From Trichoplax adhaerens (taxonomy: Eukaryota > Animalia > Placozoa): 64,000 nucleotides of DNA. A model generated the notes under the pieces. That model was not told the origin of the DNA, made no database searches, and saw only the letters and a list, made by a program, of their open reading frames with translations. This document shows, one piece after another, positions 33,204 through 46,768 of this stretch; the stretch's first letter is position 1, and every line of letters starts with the position of its first letter. The stretch spans positions 155,744-219,743 of the forward strand of contig NW_002060974.1 of the NCBI RefSeq assembly GCF_000150275.1, given 5' to 3'. Made by a program: the position numbers and the translations under genes.

Positions 33204-36200
33204 TTACGTTTCTTGATCGCCTTCAGCTAGTGTAGTATAGCGATAGCGTCTCTTGTCTTTCTTTTTGGCTCCTGGGCCATTTCTTCGATATCGAACCAAT
33301 GCATAAATAAAGACAAGGAGTAATACACCAACACATAATATGGTGAAGGAATTATACATCGATGTAGGTACTTTAAAAGGATACTTCCAGTGTAATAACG
33401 TATCATCGGCAGACTCTTTTATGCCATAAAGCCACATGTCATTAAGGTAACCGTCCTTTCCATCTCGATCGTGACCGATACCGCCAAATAGATTGGCAGT
33501 TCCATTGAAACTCCAAGCTGCAGCACCAGCTCGAATACTTGGAAAGTTCCTAGCACTAGGCTGGCCCTTTTGACCATAGCTTGCAATACCATGTTTATTT
33601 GTATTATTCCCGTGCCATATCCATACATCGTCGTTGACTTTATATTGCCAAATATTGGAAAGTAATTTGGCTGGTTCATATAGTCTATCCGTTGATGCAA
33701 CGTATGATCCACAGCCAGCACCACCATACATCCATAAATTACCTTTGTTGTCAGTCCATGATGCAGCGTCTGCTAAGCAACCAGGGGCATTTTTTTTATT
33801 AGCTACATGAATTGCACCATGCTGAGCACTTTTAATCCCTTTACTACCGGCCAGTTTAATCCAATTTTGACTTTTAACAGAAAATGCCCAAAGATCGGAT
33901 GACATACCACGTAATAGATGTGCATGTCCTTCAAAATTTGAACCTGTATGGCCACCATATAAGTAGAGATTGTCTAAAACAGTCCAGGTTATGACTCCAT
34001 ACCGACTACCTGGTGTTTGATGATTCTTAATGGACAACTTTTTCCATGTTAATGTTAATAAATCGAGTTTCCAAAAGTCGTCAAATGCTTCACCGATGGT
34101 ATTTCTTCCACCATATACCCACATGACACCATTATAGCACCAATAAGCAGCATTTGAGCGCGCTTTGGGATAGGACTTGGGACGTTGTTCAATTTTAGTC
34201 CAATTTTTATCTTGTATACTAAATAGCCATAAATCATCTAAAGCCTTCATTTGGCCAGAAAATCCACCAAAAATTACAAAAAGTTTATTATGTATTCCGC
34301 ACGATGCAGCTCGACTACGTGGTTTAGGTGTATTTTTCGAACGATCACCAAGGTATACTTCCCAATTTCCAGTTGTTGCAGAATAGTGCCATAAGGAATT
34401 CAACTGAGAAGCGCTATCGCTTTTCCTTTCGAATCCAGTACCACCAAATAGCCAGATATTGCCATCATAGTTAGTCCATGAAGTGGTATAGTAGCGAGCA
34501 CCAGGATAAGCCCTGTTTGTTGTTTTATTGGGTAGGAGGCTTACTTGGTCTTTGGAGTAACTGCCATCGAACCATATCCATTCGGTTATTTCTAGACATT
34601 CAGTAAAGTGAAAGGGTTAGAGCATCAGTAGAGGCAATCATGACAATTTCATCTACACGCATATTTACTTTATCATGATTATTGCGCTGATGCATAGGTT
34701 GATATGCTATTTTTATTTGTACTGGTACAGAATGCTATTTAAGAGTAAGTATTGGTTGACTGAGTTGCATGCAAGATTGGTCGTGATCACTTAGGAGCAT
34801 ACTGGTTTCATTTCAGTAAAATAGCGATAAAATTGAGGATCGATGGATGAACGATATGGGTATTCTAGACTATGTAAAGCAGCAAGATTATCAACCGCAT
34901 TGCGTGTATTGTATGACAGTATAACATATACAAGGAGTAAAATTAGTTTCCAGGCTGCACTACAGACGGTTGATTATAATATTGACAACATGAAAAAGGA
35001 TCCCAATTATGACCCATGTGATGCTAGGTTAAGACCCTTATTTTGGCGTTGTATTCAATCTACTCTAGGAGTTAATTCATTTACAATACTTGATTATAAT
35101 TATCGGAGCATAAAATCGATATACTTGTACAAAAGTTGTATAGTATGCTATGAATAAAGAGCTTGATTAATTTGTAAGGAAAGGCAGAAATGCGAAGCAA
35201 ATTATTGCGTGTATTATCCTAACTATAGATGATTGATTTCTTGGTGGAATCACTTGAGATCGAGATACACAAGTATTGATTCATTAACAGTAGTTGATTA
35301 TTTGCAGTAAAAAACTACATACAAAGTTGTACCGTATGTTAAGATAAAGAATCACATTACTGTAGTTTGGAGAATCTGACTGAATTTATAGGTGCATGAT
35401 TATAGCTACAGAATTGCATTTTTGGTGACGTTGCTTGAGATCAACACAAGTGCTAATTTATGGATACTGGATTGTATATTATGTATTGGAGTAGAAAATC
35501 TTTCTACAAAGTAGTACAGATGTGACAATAAAGAGCCAAATTAGTGCAGTATTAATGCCTCATGACTCAACAAAGTAGTGGCGAGTCCTATTCGACATTG
35601 TTATTGCTCTGATTAATGGAATTCTTATCGATGTTGATCAGGCCTACTGTGTGGCTGTTTATGGTCTTGCCGAAATAATTGCCATATTTTTGAAATTGAA
35701 ATTAGACTGTATGAATCCATGAATTGAATCGTTGATGACTGGCTATTGGGTAAAGCAATCGATTTTACAGTAAGATTATTTCAATGTGCTTGTATTCTCT
35801 ATTGGTATAGCTAGGATAGATTGGATCCTTATCCATGTTGTATGGGGTCTGCTTCCTGTTGTTTATTGTCTTGGTTGAAATGATATTCATTTTTTAAAAT
35901 TGAAACTACAATCTATTTTGGTCCATGAATTCACGAGCGGATAACTAACGGCTAAAGAAATAAACTATCATCACGGTAAAATTGTTTTAGTGTGTTTTCT
36001 CCATTCTAATCTTTCTTATCACAATTATGATGGATGAAATTGTTATTGAAATCGCGTGTAAGGTTGATCGAGTGCTCTTCCATAATATCTGCTGTACTCC
36101 GCATGAAACGATATCAATCCATGAATCGAATCCCTACGCTATCAGCAATCCGATCAAAACATTCAATTGTCGTAACCCTAACATGGTTTTCGTGTGCTTG

Positions 36201-37744
36201 TATAAAGAAGAAAGCGGAAAAGTCATAAAATACAGCTAGCATTTTTTTCTTCCTATGCCATGGAGTAAAGTCGAATGATAGCAGATCGCTCTTTTCTCCC
36301 TTCTTGATCAATAGTTTACCAGTATTCTTGGTGACAAGCTTGTGAAAGAAGATAATGAGTAGAGAGATACTGTAAACTAAGCTAATTCAGCGTGATTTTT
36401 GGCCTTTTATGGTCGATGAGAGTAGGATAATGATAATAAAGTATAACTAGCATTTTTTTTCCTATGCCATGGAGTAAAGACAGTAAAGTAGAATGATAAC
36501 AGATCGCTCCCTTCTTGTATTAGACATATTGATGTTGACAATCATCTCGTTTGATCATCTGGCTCAATCATCATTCAATCAATAGCTTACCAGTATTCTT
36601 GGTGACTAGACTAAGCTAATTTAGCGTGATTTTTGGCCTATTATGGTCATTTCTAGGTCGATGAGAGTAGGATAATAATAATAAAGTATAACTAGCATTT
36701 TTTTTCCTATGCCATGGAGTAAAGACAGTAAAGTAGAATGATAACAGATCGCTCTTTTCTCCCTTCTTGTATTAGACATATTGATGTTGACAATCATCTC
36801 GTTTGATCATCTGGCTCAATCATCATTCAATCAATAGCTTACCAGTATTCTTGGTGACTAGACTAAGCTAATTCAGCGTGATTTTTGGCCTTTTATGATC
36901 ATTTCTTGGTCGATGAGAGTAGGATAATGATGATAAAGTATAACTAACACTTTATTTTCCTATGCCATGGAGTAAAGACAGTAAAGTAGAATGATAACAG
37001 ATCGTTCTTTTCCCCCTTCTTGTATTAGACATATTGATGTTGACAATCATCTCGTTTGATCATCTGGCTCAATCATCATTCAATCAATAGCTTACCAGTA
37101 TTTTTGGTGACTAGACTAAGCTAATTTAGCGTGATTTTTGGCCTTTTATGATCATTTCTTGGTCGATGAGAGTAGGATAATGATGATAAAGTATAACTAA
37201 CACTTTATTTTCCTATGCCATGGAGTAAAGACAGTAAAGTAGAATGATAACAGATCGTTCTTTTCCCCCTTCTTGTATTAGACATATTGATGTTGACAAT
37301 CATCTCGTTTGATCATCTGGCTCAATCATCATTCAATCAATAGTTTACCTGTATTCTTGGTCTTTGTATGACTAGCCTGTGAAAGAAGAGAAAGAGTAGA
37401 GAGATAAACTAAGCTAATCCAGCGTGATTTTTGGCCTTTTAAGGTCATTTCTAGGTCGATTTTGCAAGCAAAGTCTTGTCGATGAGAGTAGGATAGCCGC
37501 GCAGTGAGTCCTGACTCCGGACCATAGGGATTTAAGCGTTACTAGGATATCGTATGTCTAGTGCTACTAGTAGTATAACAAGGGTAAGTTGGACAGTATG
37601 GAAGATACGGGATGGGTAGACAAATGACCATCGTTTTAGTAGTCCTTGACCATACTTGAATTTGTATGGCGTAAGTAGACATTCGTTTTGCACGATAGTT
37701 ATTTTATAGCCTGAAATGCCACCAAAATGAGAGTTCCTTGCCAT
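33204..37744 (-). CDS. Single-pass membrane Kelch / galactose-oxidase-type beta-propeller protein
   Basis: One large exon (34591-33204, phase-1 acceptor tctAG) encodes ~5-6 repeats of P..R.....W......(W/Y)(L/I/M)(F/Y)GG....(D/N)(L/M)W, a C-terminal TM segment FTILCVGVLLLVFIYALV and a basic tail. Candidate exon 1 (37744-37543) ends CCT A|GTAACG in phase 1 and has a hydrophobic VQLTLVILLVAL stretch; this exon is tentative. Confidence 0.8.
36230..37495. repeat. Young tandem array of 5 units (209-253 bp) upstream of the large Kelch exon
   Basis: cctatgccatggagtaaag occurs at 36252, 36461, 36706, 36959 and 37212; the inner units are nearly identical. Confidence 0.96.
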
Positions 37745-38469
37745 AGTGGAGTACTCTTGTAACTCATGACATTTATTTTGCTCATACTAGATGATACCGA
37801 TCCTATGGTGGCTACATTGGCAGTGCAATATTGATTGGAGTATAGTGTTTAGGTTAATTTCGTCAACAGACTGTCGTAAAAAAATATTATTCGTAGTGAG
37901 CAAAATTGATGTCACACTATAAAGTTCCTAGTCATTCACTAGAATCCCAATCATCAAAAAGTGATTACCTCATTTTTTTATTATTATTATTCACTTCTGC
38001 AGTAAGCAGCTGGTTGGTCCATTCTTTGACATACTGTATACACCACTATACACTACGGAAGTTTGACAAATCATGCTAAAATGGAAATACACACGATCAG
38101 GGAAAGACTGATTGAGAGTAAAAAAGAGAGTTGGAGAGATTTGTTTTGTATTTATTATTTTTATCCTCTTGTCGTCTTATATGACTGATGAATGCCTTTT
38201 AAAGCTATTTCTCAACCTTAGAACATGTCTCAAGTGGTAGTACTATACAATAACATTAGTACTGCATACTGTTAGAAATAAAATGGGGATAAGGGTGAGT
38301 TTTATAATCTCATTTTTGGCTATGGCAGAACCTGGCAGCCGTTTCATGGACAGCCCACTGTCAGCAGACGCCGTTCGTCTAACAGTAGTGTGTACCATGA
38401 CAGACCTACAATACAGTTGAAATGACCAATAACATAGTCTCCTTGCTGGTGTTGACTATCCCTTTACCA

Positions 38470-38815
38470 CCGTCCGTCTTTCTTTCCATGCTCGCTCGAC
38501 CGGGCCTACTGACTAGACTTGACCCACTCTCCCTTGACGACCATCCGTCTTTCTGTCCATGCTCGCTTGACCGGGCCAACACTTCCCTGGACGACCGTCC
38601 GTCTTTCTGTCCATACTAGCTTGACCGGGCCCACTCTCCCTTGACGACCATCCGTCTTTCTTTCCATGCTAGCTTGACCGGGCCTACTGACCCACTCTCC
38701 CTTGACGACTATCCGTCTTTCTTTCCATGCTAGCTTGACCGGGCCTACTGACCCACTCTCCCTGGACGACCATCCGTCTTTCTGTCCATGCTCGCTTGAC
38801 GGGGCCCATTGACCC
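38470..38815. repeat. GC-rich minisatellite, 6 units of 53-71 bp
   Basis: gaccgggcc...cactctccct.gacgacc.tccgtctttct.tccatgct.gctt, with anchors at 38498, 38569, 38623, 38676, 38737 and 38798. Confidence 0.95.
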
Positions 38816-39093
38816 ATGGTTCTGAGTGGGTGACGTCGTAACCCCCCCCCCCCCCTGTCCAATGTCAAGCCATAGAATACTGTACAGTGTATTAAGTAAG
38901 ACTCGGTGTGAGTCGATTGAAACCAAGCAGGTTGAAGAAGTTAAGCTGTGGCTGTCATTGCCTAACCCAAGTCCATGGGCGCTTGCCACCGTCCCAGGGT
39001 TCAATAATTTTCAGTCTAATCCCTTTGGCCGTGGTTGGCGTGTGTTGATTGTAGTTGGAGTTTCAAGTACCGGCCAGTTGGTGGAAAACTACC

Positions 39094-42000
39094 ATGGCGG
39101 TGTCGAAGCAATTAGTAAGATCCAAGTCGGGCCTTCGAATGGTCACCACAAGTACCGTCATGAAATCGCCCTTTGAACTAGAAGAACCACAATGGGAAGC
39201 AGATAATTGTGTAAGAATTAATTTGCCTCTTTCGCTCATTTTCTTGTTGTTCTTTTCGCCATCATGGAGTCGGGGTAGAGGCCACTGGGACATGGTTGAC
39301 GTAATCGATCGATGACGGCCCACTCCGTCTCCATGGAAAATAGCGCCGATCAAGTGGAGAAAAGCGCCGTGGATTGAAATCGATGTGAACCATTTCTTGT
39401 TAGGAGTATCATCATCGACGATAGATTAGTGGATGCATTGGGTTGGATTGGACAAGTTGTAATGGAAGATGTTGTTGTTGTTGTTGAGACGATTGGATAC
39501 AAGACAACGTGATGCTTGGGGAGTGATAGGGAATGGACTGATGCCGTCACGGTAGATTGCGACAGTTTACTGCTTTCAGCTATGGCGATCAATAACCATG
39601 ATGGCTTTTCTGACCTAAAGGATTCGCTTAAATCAATTCATTTTTTGCCAACGAGCCAATAGTAGATTCTCTACCTTTTTCGACACATGGTAATGATGCG
39701 TAGTAGCATGGTAGAATAGTGATTGAATCATCGACTACTCGATAAACTTAATGAACATCGACGACAGTCTACTCCTCTTCATCGATTCGCTTTATTTGGA
39801 TAGCATCGCTCAGCTAAACCAAGTTCGCCTCCATCCATGTTGATTTTAGACCCTTTCTAGTCCATCAATGGCGTGATAATAAGTCGATAGCGATCGATTA
39901 CGACCACAACTTACGCTAGGATCAACGATTTCATCTTTAATCGTTGTTTTGAAATAAAATAAACTTTCTTATTGGAATGATGGATAGACACGTATAATGA
40001 GTTTTACCTCTAGAATCATGGTCATATTGATGAGACTAATTTTTTTTTTTCTCTCTCTCTTTCTCTTCTATAAACTATGGTAGTGTGCCAATTGCAAGAA
40101 GTGTGGAACTCGATTCGACTTTTTAAAGCGAAAAGTAAATCAATTCTAATGTTAACGATCGATTACGATAGCTTAAATTATCCTACTCAGTTCATTAATG
40201 ATTTTAATTGAATGTTATTGAGTCAATGATAAGCACTTGTTCAAGCTATCCTAGCTAGCAATTGTACCTGATAGATTAGTTTAATCATTCTTCAATACTT
40301 CCGCTTGTCCACGGTAGGATCAAAATCTTACTACAATTGGACACTACTATGACTGTATAACCATGTGTAATCACTTACTAATCAGTCATCGTGCTTCGTT
40401 GTACAGCACATCTTGAGTTGCTTGATGTTGACTACAAATAGAAATGTCGTTCTACTTTTATTTCATTGATCATGGAAAAAAGTTATACACGACCCAAGTT
40501 AGTCATAATGTTCAACTAATCATGTTATACAATATCATGGATAATTCGATCTTTTAGCAGGCATGAATAACGAGTCAGTGCATCAGGTTACTATCTACTT
40601 TATTAAAAGGATTACATACATTTTTATCGATCCTCAGCGTCGGTAGTAAACATAGCAGACAGGAATTATTTGTTTGTAAAAATACTTTTCTCAAACATAG
40701 TTCCAGTGGCTGGCTCTACGGCTGTATCCTCTTAGTTATGTCATGAATTCATTGGGCTTGCAGCAAACATTCTATGAAACTTTACATAAACAATGTTCCA
40801 TTCAAATCCTTCTAGAGTGTTGTATGTAATTCAACATGGATAGCTAATAGATGAAATAATGTGTTTCAAGTAGAAGGAATCCAAGCAGTTCATGTTATAC
40901 TTATGTAAGATAGTCTTGCTGCAATTCATCAATTTATTCTCTAGTTGATGAATACAATATTAGTCCATGTTTGAGGCAATGTTTATCGAATTCATTTCAT
41001 ATAGTTAGATGCCATCGTAGTACTGTTATAAAGTAGTACATTGCTATGACGATTTTGTCAATAAGGTGCCAGAGGTTCGGTTGCCATCATAATAGAATGC
41101 TAGATGACATCAATGTCATTAACAGGAGAGAATTACATTGTTTTAGCAATATGGCGGTCATAAATCATCTGCTTTAGCAATAGGCACTACATTGAGATAC
41201 TCTCAGTTAAAAGGCTTTCTTTTGTAGATAGGTCATGAGTTGCATCAAATTTCATCACTGTAGTAGTATTTACTATTATACGATAGCGCAAGAACAGTAA
41301 CTAATTGTATATGTAGTACAGACTAGCTAGCAAGAATGAGAACTATCACTACTGTAATGTTTATGCCATCATCAAAAGCAATCGTGTACTCATCATCATT
41401 TATCATTGGAACCAAAATCAGCTTAGTATGATTTTATTCTAAAATTCTTCTTGCATGAAATACATTGTCAAATACAAATGTCGATCATGCTACACCGTCT
41501 CGATAACAGAGTTAAAATGAAAATGACAAAATAGGGTAAAAATGATACATCAAGATAGTGAAACTGCTCAAGTGGAAGGTCTATCATCATTTATCAAACA
41601 CTATCAGTTTTAATAATTTTTTGTTCTTCAATATTTTATTTACAGTATTTTGCATATTACAACACAACATTACTTACGTAACTGCAATACTACTAAATAG
41701 GGTAAAATTAACATCTTATGATATTAGCAATCCATTGATTGTCAATTTTATTCGTTCTAGCATCATTGTAGAAGATGTGGACAGGTCTTTTGCAATTCAT
41801 GCTGTGATAATAGGCTTCCGTTACCGCGATTTGCTTTCGTTGATCCTGTTCGGCAATGCGGTCCATGTTCCATCATTACTAAGAAAGAAAATGAATTCTT
41901 CAATAAACATCTCAAGGCATTCCTTAATGGTAAACTAGATATTTCATACGTTTCTGGCAAAGTGTAGGCTTTGATCTTTCGAAATATCAATCTATTACAT

Positions 42001-42953
42001 ATTTTTGTGTAGGAGGAACTTTTACCGTTTCTGTTAACGACAATGAACCTGAATTAGGAGCTATGTATATTTGCAAGCTGACACCAGACCATAAGTTAGT
42101 CGATCATAAGTGTCTAAATTATTAACGTAATAAGCCTATTATAAAATATCGACTGTGCCTATAAGGAGAGATTTATTATACTGTATACAACGTTATCCAT
42201 TATCACTATGGATCAACCTACGGCTGAAATTGTATGCTATTAAAAGTGTGCTAGCTTGTAGTAAAAATACTATCGTACATGAAGACATTCAACTTCTGTA
42301 ATTCTTTAGCAGAATTGGATTGTCAAATCCAATCCAATCCAAAGACTTATTGTCAATCTGTAGGATAATTTATAAGCAGTGATTATGAGTTTATAAATCT
42401 ATATTATCCACTAAATAAATTACCTAATCGACATGATCGTTATGGTAATACTTAAGTTCTGTAAAAATGATTCATTTTTCGCTGCAGTTATTGACACCAG
42501 CATTTTAATTTCTCTGTAGGACAATCACCTTCGAAGGTGGCAATGCTACACCTGTAGATTCTTTTACAATCTCTTCTATTAAGGATTTGGAGATTTTATT
42601 GGAAAATAGCAATGATAAAGGTTAATGAAAATCCATTAATTGCATAGTATTATCTATACTTTGGTGTATTAAAGTGTATATACCGTAGTTGACTTGTGGC
42701 ATAATATTTTGTAGCTGGTGTTCCAATTGGAATTGTGGTGACTTATTATGGAACAGAAAATCAGGTTGAGAAAGTTAAACTTTTGGTTGCTGCTACGCCC
42801 AACAAGAAACAGTCTATTGCTTGGATTATCGCATTACAAAAGGTAATCATGGCTAAAAGTTAAAATAATATGACTAATATCGTTGTACTTACAAAGCAAT
42901 GGTTATCTTTACCGATTTAGGGAATCTCTATGATAAACAACTCCAATGGTTAA
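39094..42953 (+). CDS. ZFYVE21: Zinc finger FYVE domain-containing protein 21 (7 coding exons)
   Basis: Exon 1 reads [39 protein letters not shown] (the diagnostic LVRS.SGLRMV...SPF.LEEPQW). Exon 2 (40084-40134) reads [17 protein letters not shown]. Exon 3 (from 41761) reads [37 protein letters not shown]-terminal PH-like exons end [11 protein letters not shown]|[10 protein letters not shown] (TAA 42951-42953). Confidence 0.93.
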
Positions 42954-45900
42954 ATGTCCTCTCCTAGCTATCCTATGCCATTAATGGCAATGTAAAGTAA
43001 TCGCCCAAAGAGTTATTGTTGTTCTGGTAGATTAAGAATTTACTAAGATGTAATCATATGTCTGGAATGTTGTAATTAGAAAATTAATTCCTATTCAGGT
43101 TAATATTGTCAAATACCATGATGATGGGGATAGATCTATATTAGGGTTAATATACACGTACAACTAGAATTAGACAACATTCCTACAGTTATCTTATAGT
43201 TTCTTTGTTCATCTTGCAATGATTTCATTTTATCTTTCATTTTGAGATTAGTTTACCACTTATCGACTGTAGTTTATAAATTATCAATTTACGTATGAAC
43301 TGACATCTAAACATTTAAAGTTACAATTTATACAACATCACTGACTAGATTCTGTATTGATTGTGTATGTATCCATCGGTTGAATATGACCATTCGAAAC
43401 TTACATATATCAGTCTTATGCTATTTTTACTGTATGCAAAAGCTTGATCAGTTGAATTTGTATTGTAGACCAATATAAATAGATATGATCACATTACGAC
43501 TTTTACTCTTCACTATGTATATATATATATATATACACACACATATATATAGTTGTCTTTTTTATAAAGACAGATTATCAACTGTAGTTATTGCGGTAAT
43601 TCTTAACTCAGAACCTGTACTTCTAGTTTCATAACGATATTTAAATTTGAATTAACAGCTACGGCTTAAGAATAATTCTTAGATTTGATTTGAGAGATTC
43701 TTTTTCTTTTATCCTTTATTACTATAGTTTCATTTGTAGACACAAGAAAATCTATCACTTAATTCGATATAATATACGACAGTCATACATCACTGGTTAT
43801 CCGTAATGGTTTCTTAAATATGACCATGTTAAATTTTATTTTTCATATCTAAAATAAAAAATATATCAGTAAAAAGTTATATACTTGCGTCTGTTCTTGC
43901 AAAATACAATATACTAGTACAAAAAACAAATAATACTCCACTTTCCAATCGAGAGATAGATTACAATTTCTACCCTACATAATACTAGGAAGATTTAATA
44001 TGGATCGTTGTCGTTATGTTCGCGACATACTTTGCTACCCAATTACCATGATAGAATACTTCTTCTGGCTATAATAGCTTCTTTGCTTATACAAAATATT
44101 AACCCATAACTAATTGTAAATCATAATAACAAGATTATACTTTAATCGAAGTTTCCATTCAATAAATGATATTTTTCTTTGTTCCATAGCTTAGATTAAA
44201 TTTATAAAGAGCATAATCAATGTAATTATAGATATTGTTCCTGTGGATATGCTTTGTCATATTCAGATTACATTTGTATGCTTTTGTGTGTAACCTGATT
44301 GATAAAAACGTTCTCATCAAGATTGTATCAAGCTTTCGAAAGCTGGATTCATTTCTGTATTGCGCTCGATAGATATAATAAGCTGTATCTTCTCCTAATA
44401 AAATTGCTTACTCTGATAATTGATCTAATAGCGATGGACTTATTTGATGGTTGAGCACGAATAGTAATTCAATTTTCTTTGATCTCAGACATTATGTTTG
44501 GATGGAGATAGGTAATTCTCTATTCTAAGCTGCTTAATACAGTACCATCATACCTATGCTATTACAGGCTCTTCGAATATTGTATGATCACTCAATGCTA
44601 TGAAAAATGATTGTATTTATAGAAGAAGAGAAAACCTGGCTAATTCAATGTCCACGTTTTACATTACCTATAGAGACTCTTAAATTATGCAATCTACTTT
44701 CACACTTTTACTCGTAGTGTTCTTCTATGCAGAACGGTACTGTAATAGGGATGCATTGGTTTCGTATACTGGAGCCATATCAATCTCATCCTTTCATACG
44801 TTATCAATTAATAAACAAGAAGGTAATTAGCCAGTCTTGAGTAAGTAAAATAACAATTTGTGTTTCGGAGATTAAACAAATTGTAGTTGATGATGATTAG
44901 AATGAGGAACAGGCGATTTGACTTAAATTGGTCAAAATAGTTGAATCACGTATTGTCCATATATTATTATTTTAGCAATAGCGGTGTAAAACTAGATAGG
45001 GTATATTATTTTCAACCTACTAGGCTTGAATATTTTAAAACGATTAGTAGCTGTTTACATTGCGTTGTTAGACAAATCCGTTAGCACATAGACGATTTAA
45101 TCATCGGTTATGTCTACAATTGATCTTTCCATCAATAACTTTAATTATTGGTATCAACCAAAGCTTGGACAGCCATGGAAATGCGTTCCAGTAGTAAAGT
45201 TATGACTTCAATATAGCAAAGTCCTCATTGCCATAAGATTTGTGCATCGACATGGTTATTCCATTTTGTCTCAATTCACATTTCTTTCTAGACCATAAAT
45301 GATGCTATACGCGTATTTTCATCGGATACGGACTAACCTGATCGTAAATACTACTCTTGTTATTATAACTTATACGTATATTAAAATAATATTATCACAT
45401 ATAGAATAAATTAGAAGAGGTCATGGATGGTATAATGAATAAATTAATAATTGATTATTGATCCATATGATTAAGAAACAAGTCGTTGGCTCACAATGCC
45501 GAAACAGTTGTACACAGTATATATTCTCGTATATACCGTATATACAGTGTTATATATCAAGTGTTATATATCTTACGTTATATATCTTATGTTATATATC
45601 TTATGTTATATATCAGCTAATATCAAGATATTAAGGTGGTGTACAGCTTCGATTGCTAGTACAGCACAGTTAGTCTCATATGCGTATGAGTATTAGCATA
45701 AGGTACTAAGGAGCTTTTAGCCAGTTAGGAAACATTACCTTGGAGAAAGTTTTAAGGTTAGATTTGCGAGATTTAAATTAAGAGTAAACGAGTATTAATG
45801 GCCTGAACTACCATCCAATATCAATGTTTAACCGAAGTGAAAGCATAGTGGTTGGAGTACCTCGAGCTGAGCTGTTAGAATAGAAAAAATTTCAGTAAAA

Positions 45901-46768
45901 TTGCAACAGGTAGGATACTATGGTAGGATACCTATCCTACCATAGCTTAGATTGCAAACAAATATTGTTATTAATGATGCAAAGTTAATTAGATTAACGA
46001 GGTAAAGATAAGGATACTGAATTACTTAGCTTTCCTGCACACTAAGATAGATCAGAGTTATATGATCCTATGGATGTTAAATCATACCTTAGCTGTTAAA
46101 TACTTGTATGCTTATAGCATTACTAGCAAGAAGGGAATGATACAGCCGATTATATATATAATATATATTTATGGACAGATTTTATGACAAATGCAGTGGA
46201 AAAAGTACGATAGGACGGATTCGATCATGATTATCATCTTGCTTCTCTTTTGTAAATGCCTTTCAAGAGGACGATTATTCTATTTCACTTTGAATTATAC
46301 TATGTGAGACCTTCAATCAGTTTTCAAGTCATTGAAAAAAGTAATTATAAGAAATGGGTGCATACAGTAGAGGGAGCTCAGTTGTAATCTTAAAATCGGA
46401 CCATCGGGGGGTAATCCATGTAGGCGTCTACGCGTATGTATGATTGGAAAAGAAGAGAAAAAGTTGACCTATTACTATAAGCCGTAGTTTCGAAATTTTT
46501 TAGACACAATCATCACGTCACGGATTTGATAGATAATTAGTTAATCTATTTATTCTTTGCTCTTATTTCTTCTAGCGAACATTGGCTTAAATTGCGGACT
46601 TGCTATACAAAAATAGGACAGATTAGTGAATGCCTTTTAGTGTTGAGAGATAGTCTTTGTTGCTTCTATATCGGACGGTCGGTCCTTTAAGTCTGGCTAT
46701 TCCTTAATCATTCTAGCCTGTGATTTTTTTCCACGTTAAATCAACTTTTCTACTCAGTCTTGAACGGC

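Noticed and set aside
36230-37495. Possible CRISPR-like array
   Set aside because: Whole ~250-bp units repeat with no unique spacers, there are no cas genes, and the context is eukaryotic; the same applies to the other arrays.
38422-39004. Several overlapping ORFs with repetitive peptides
   Set aside because: They are translations of the GC-rich minisatellite.
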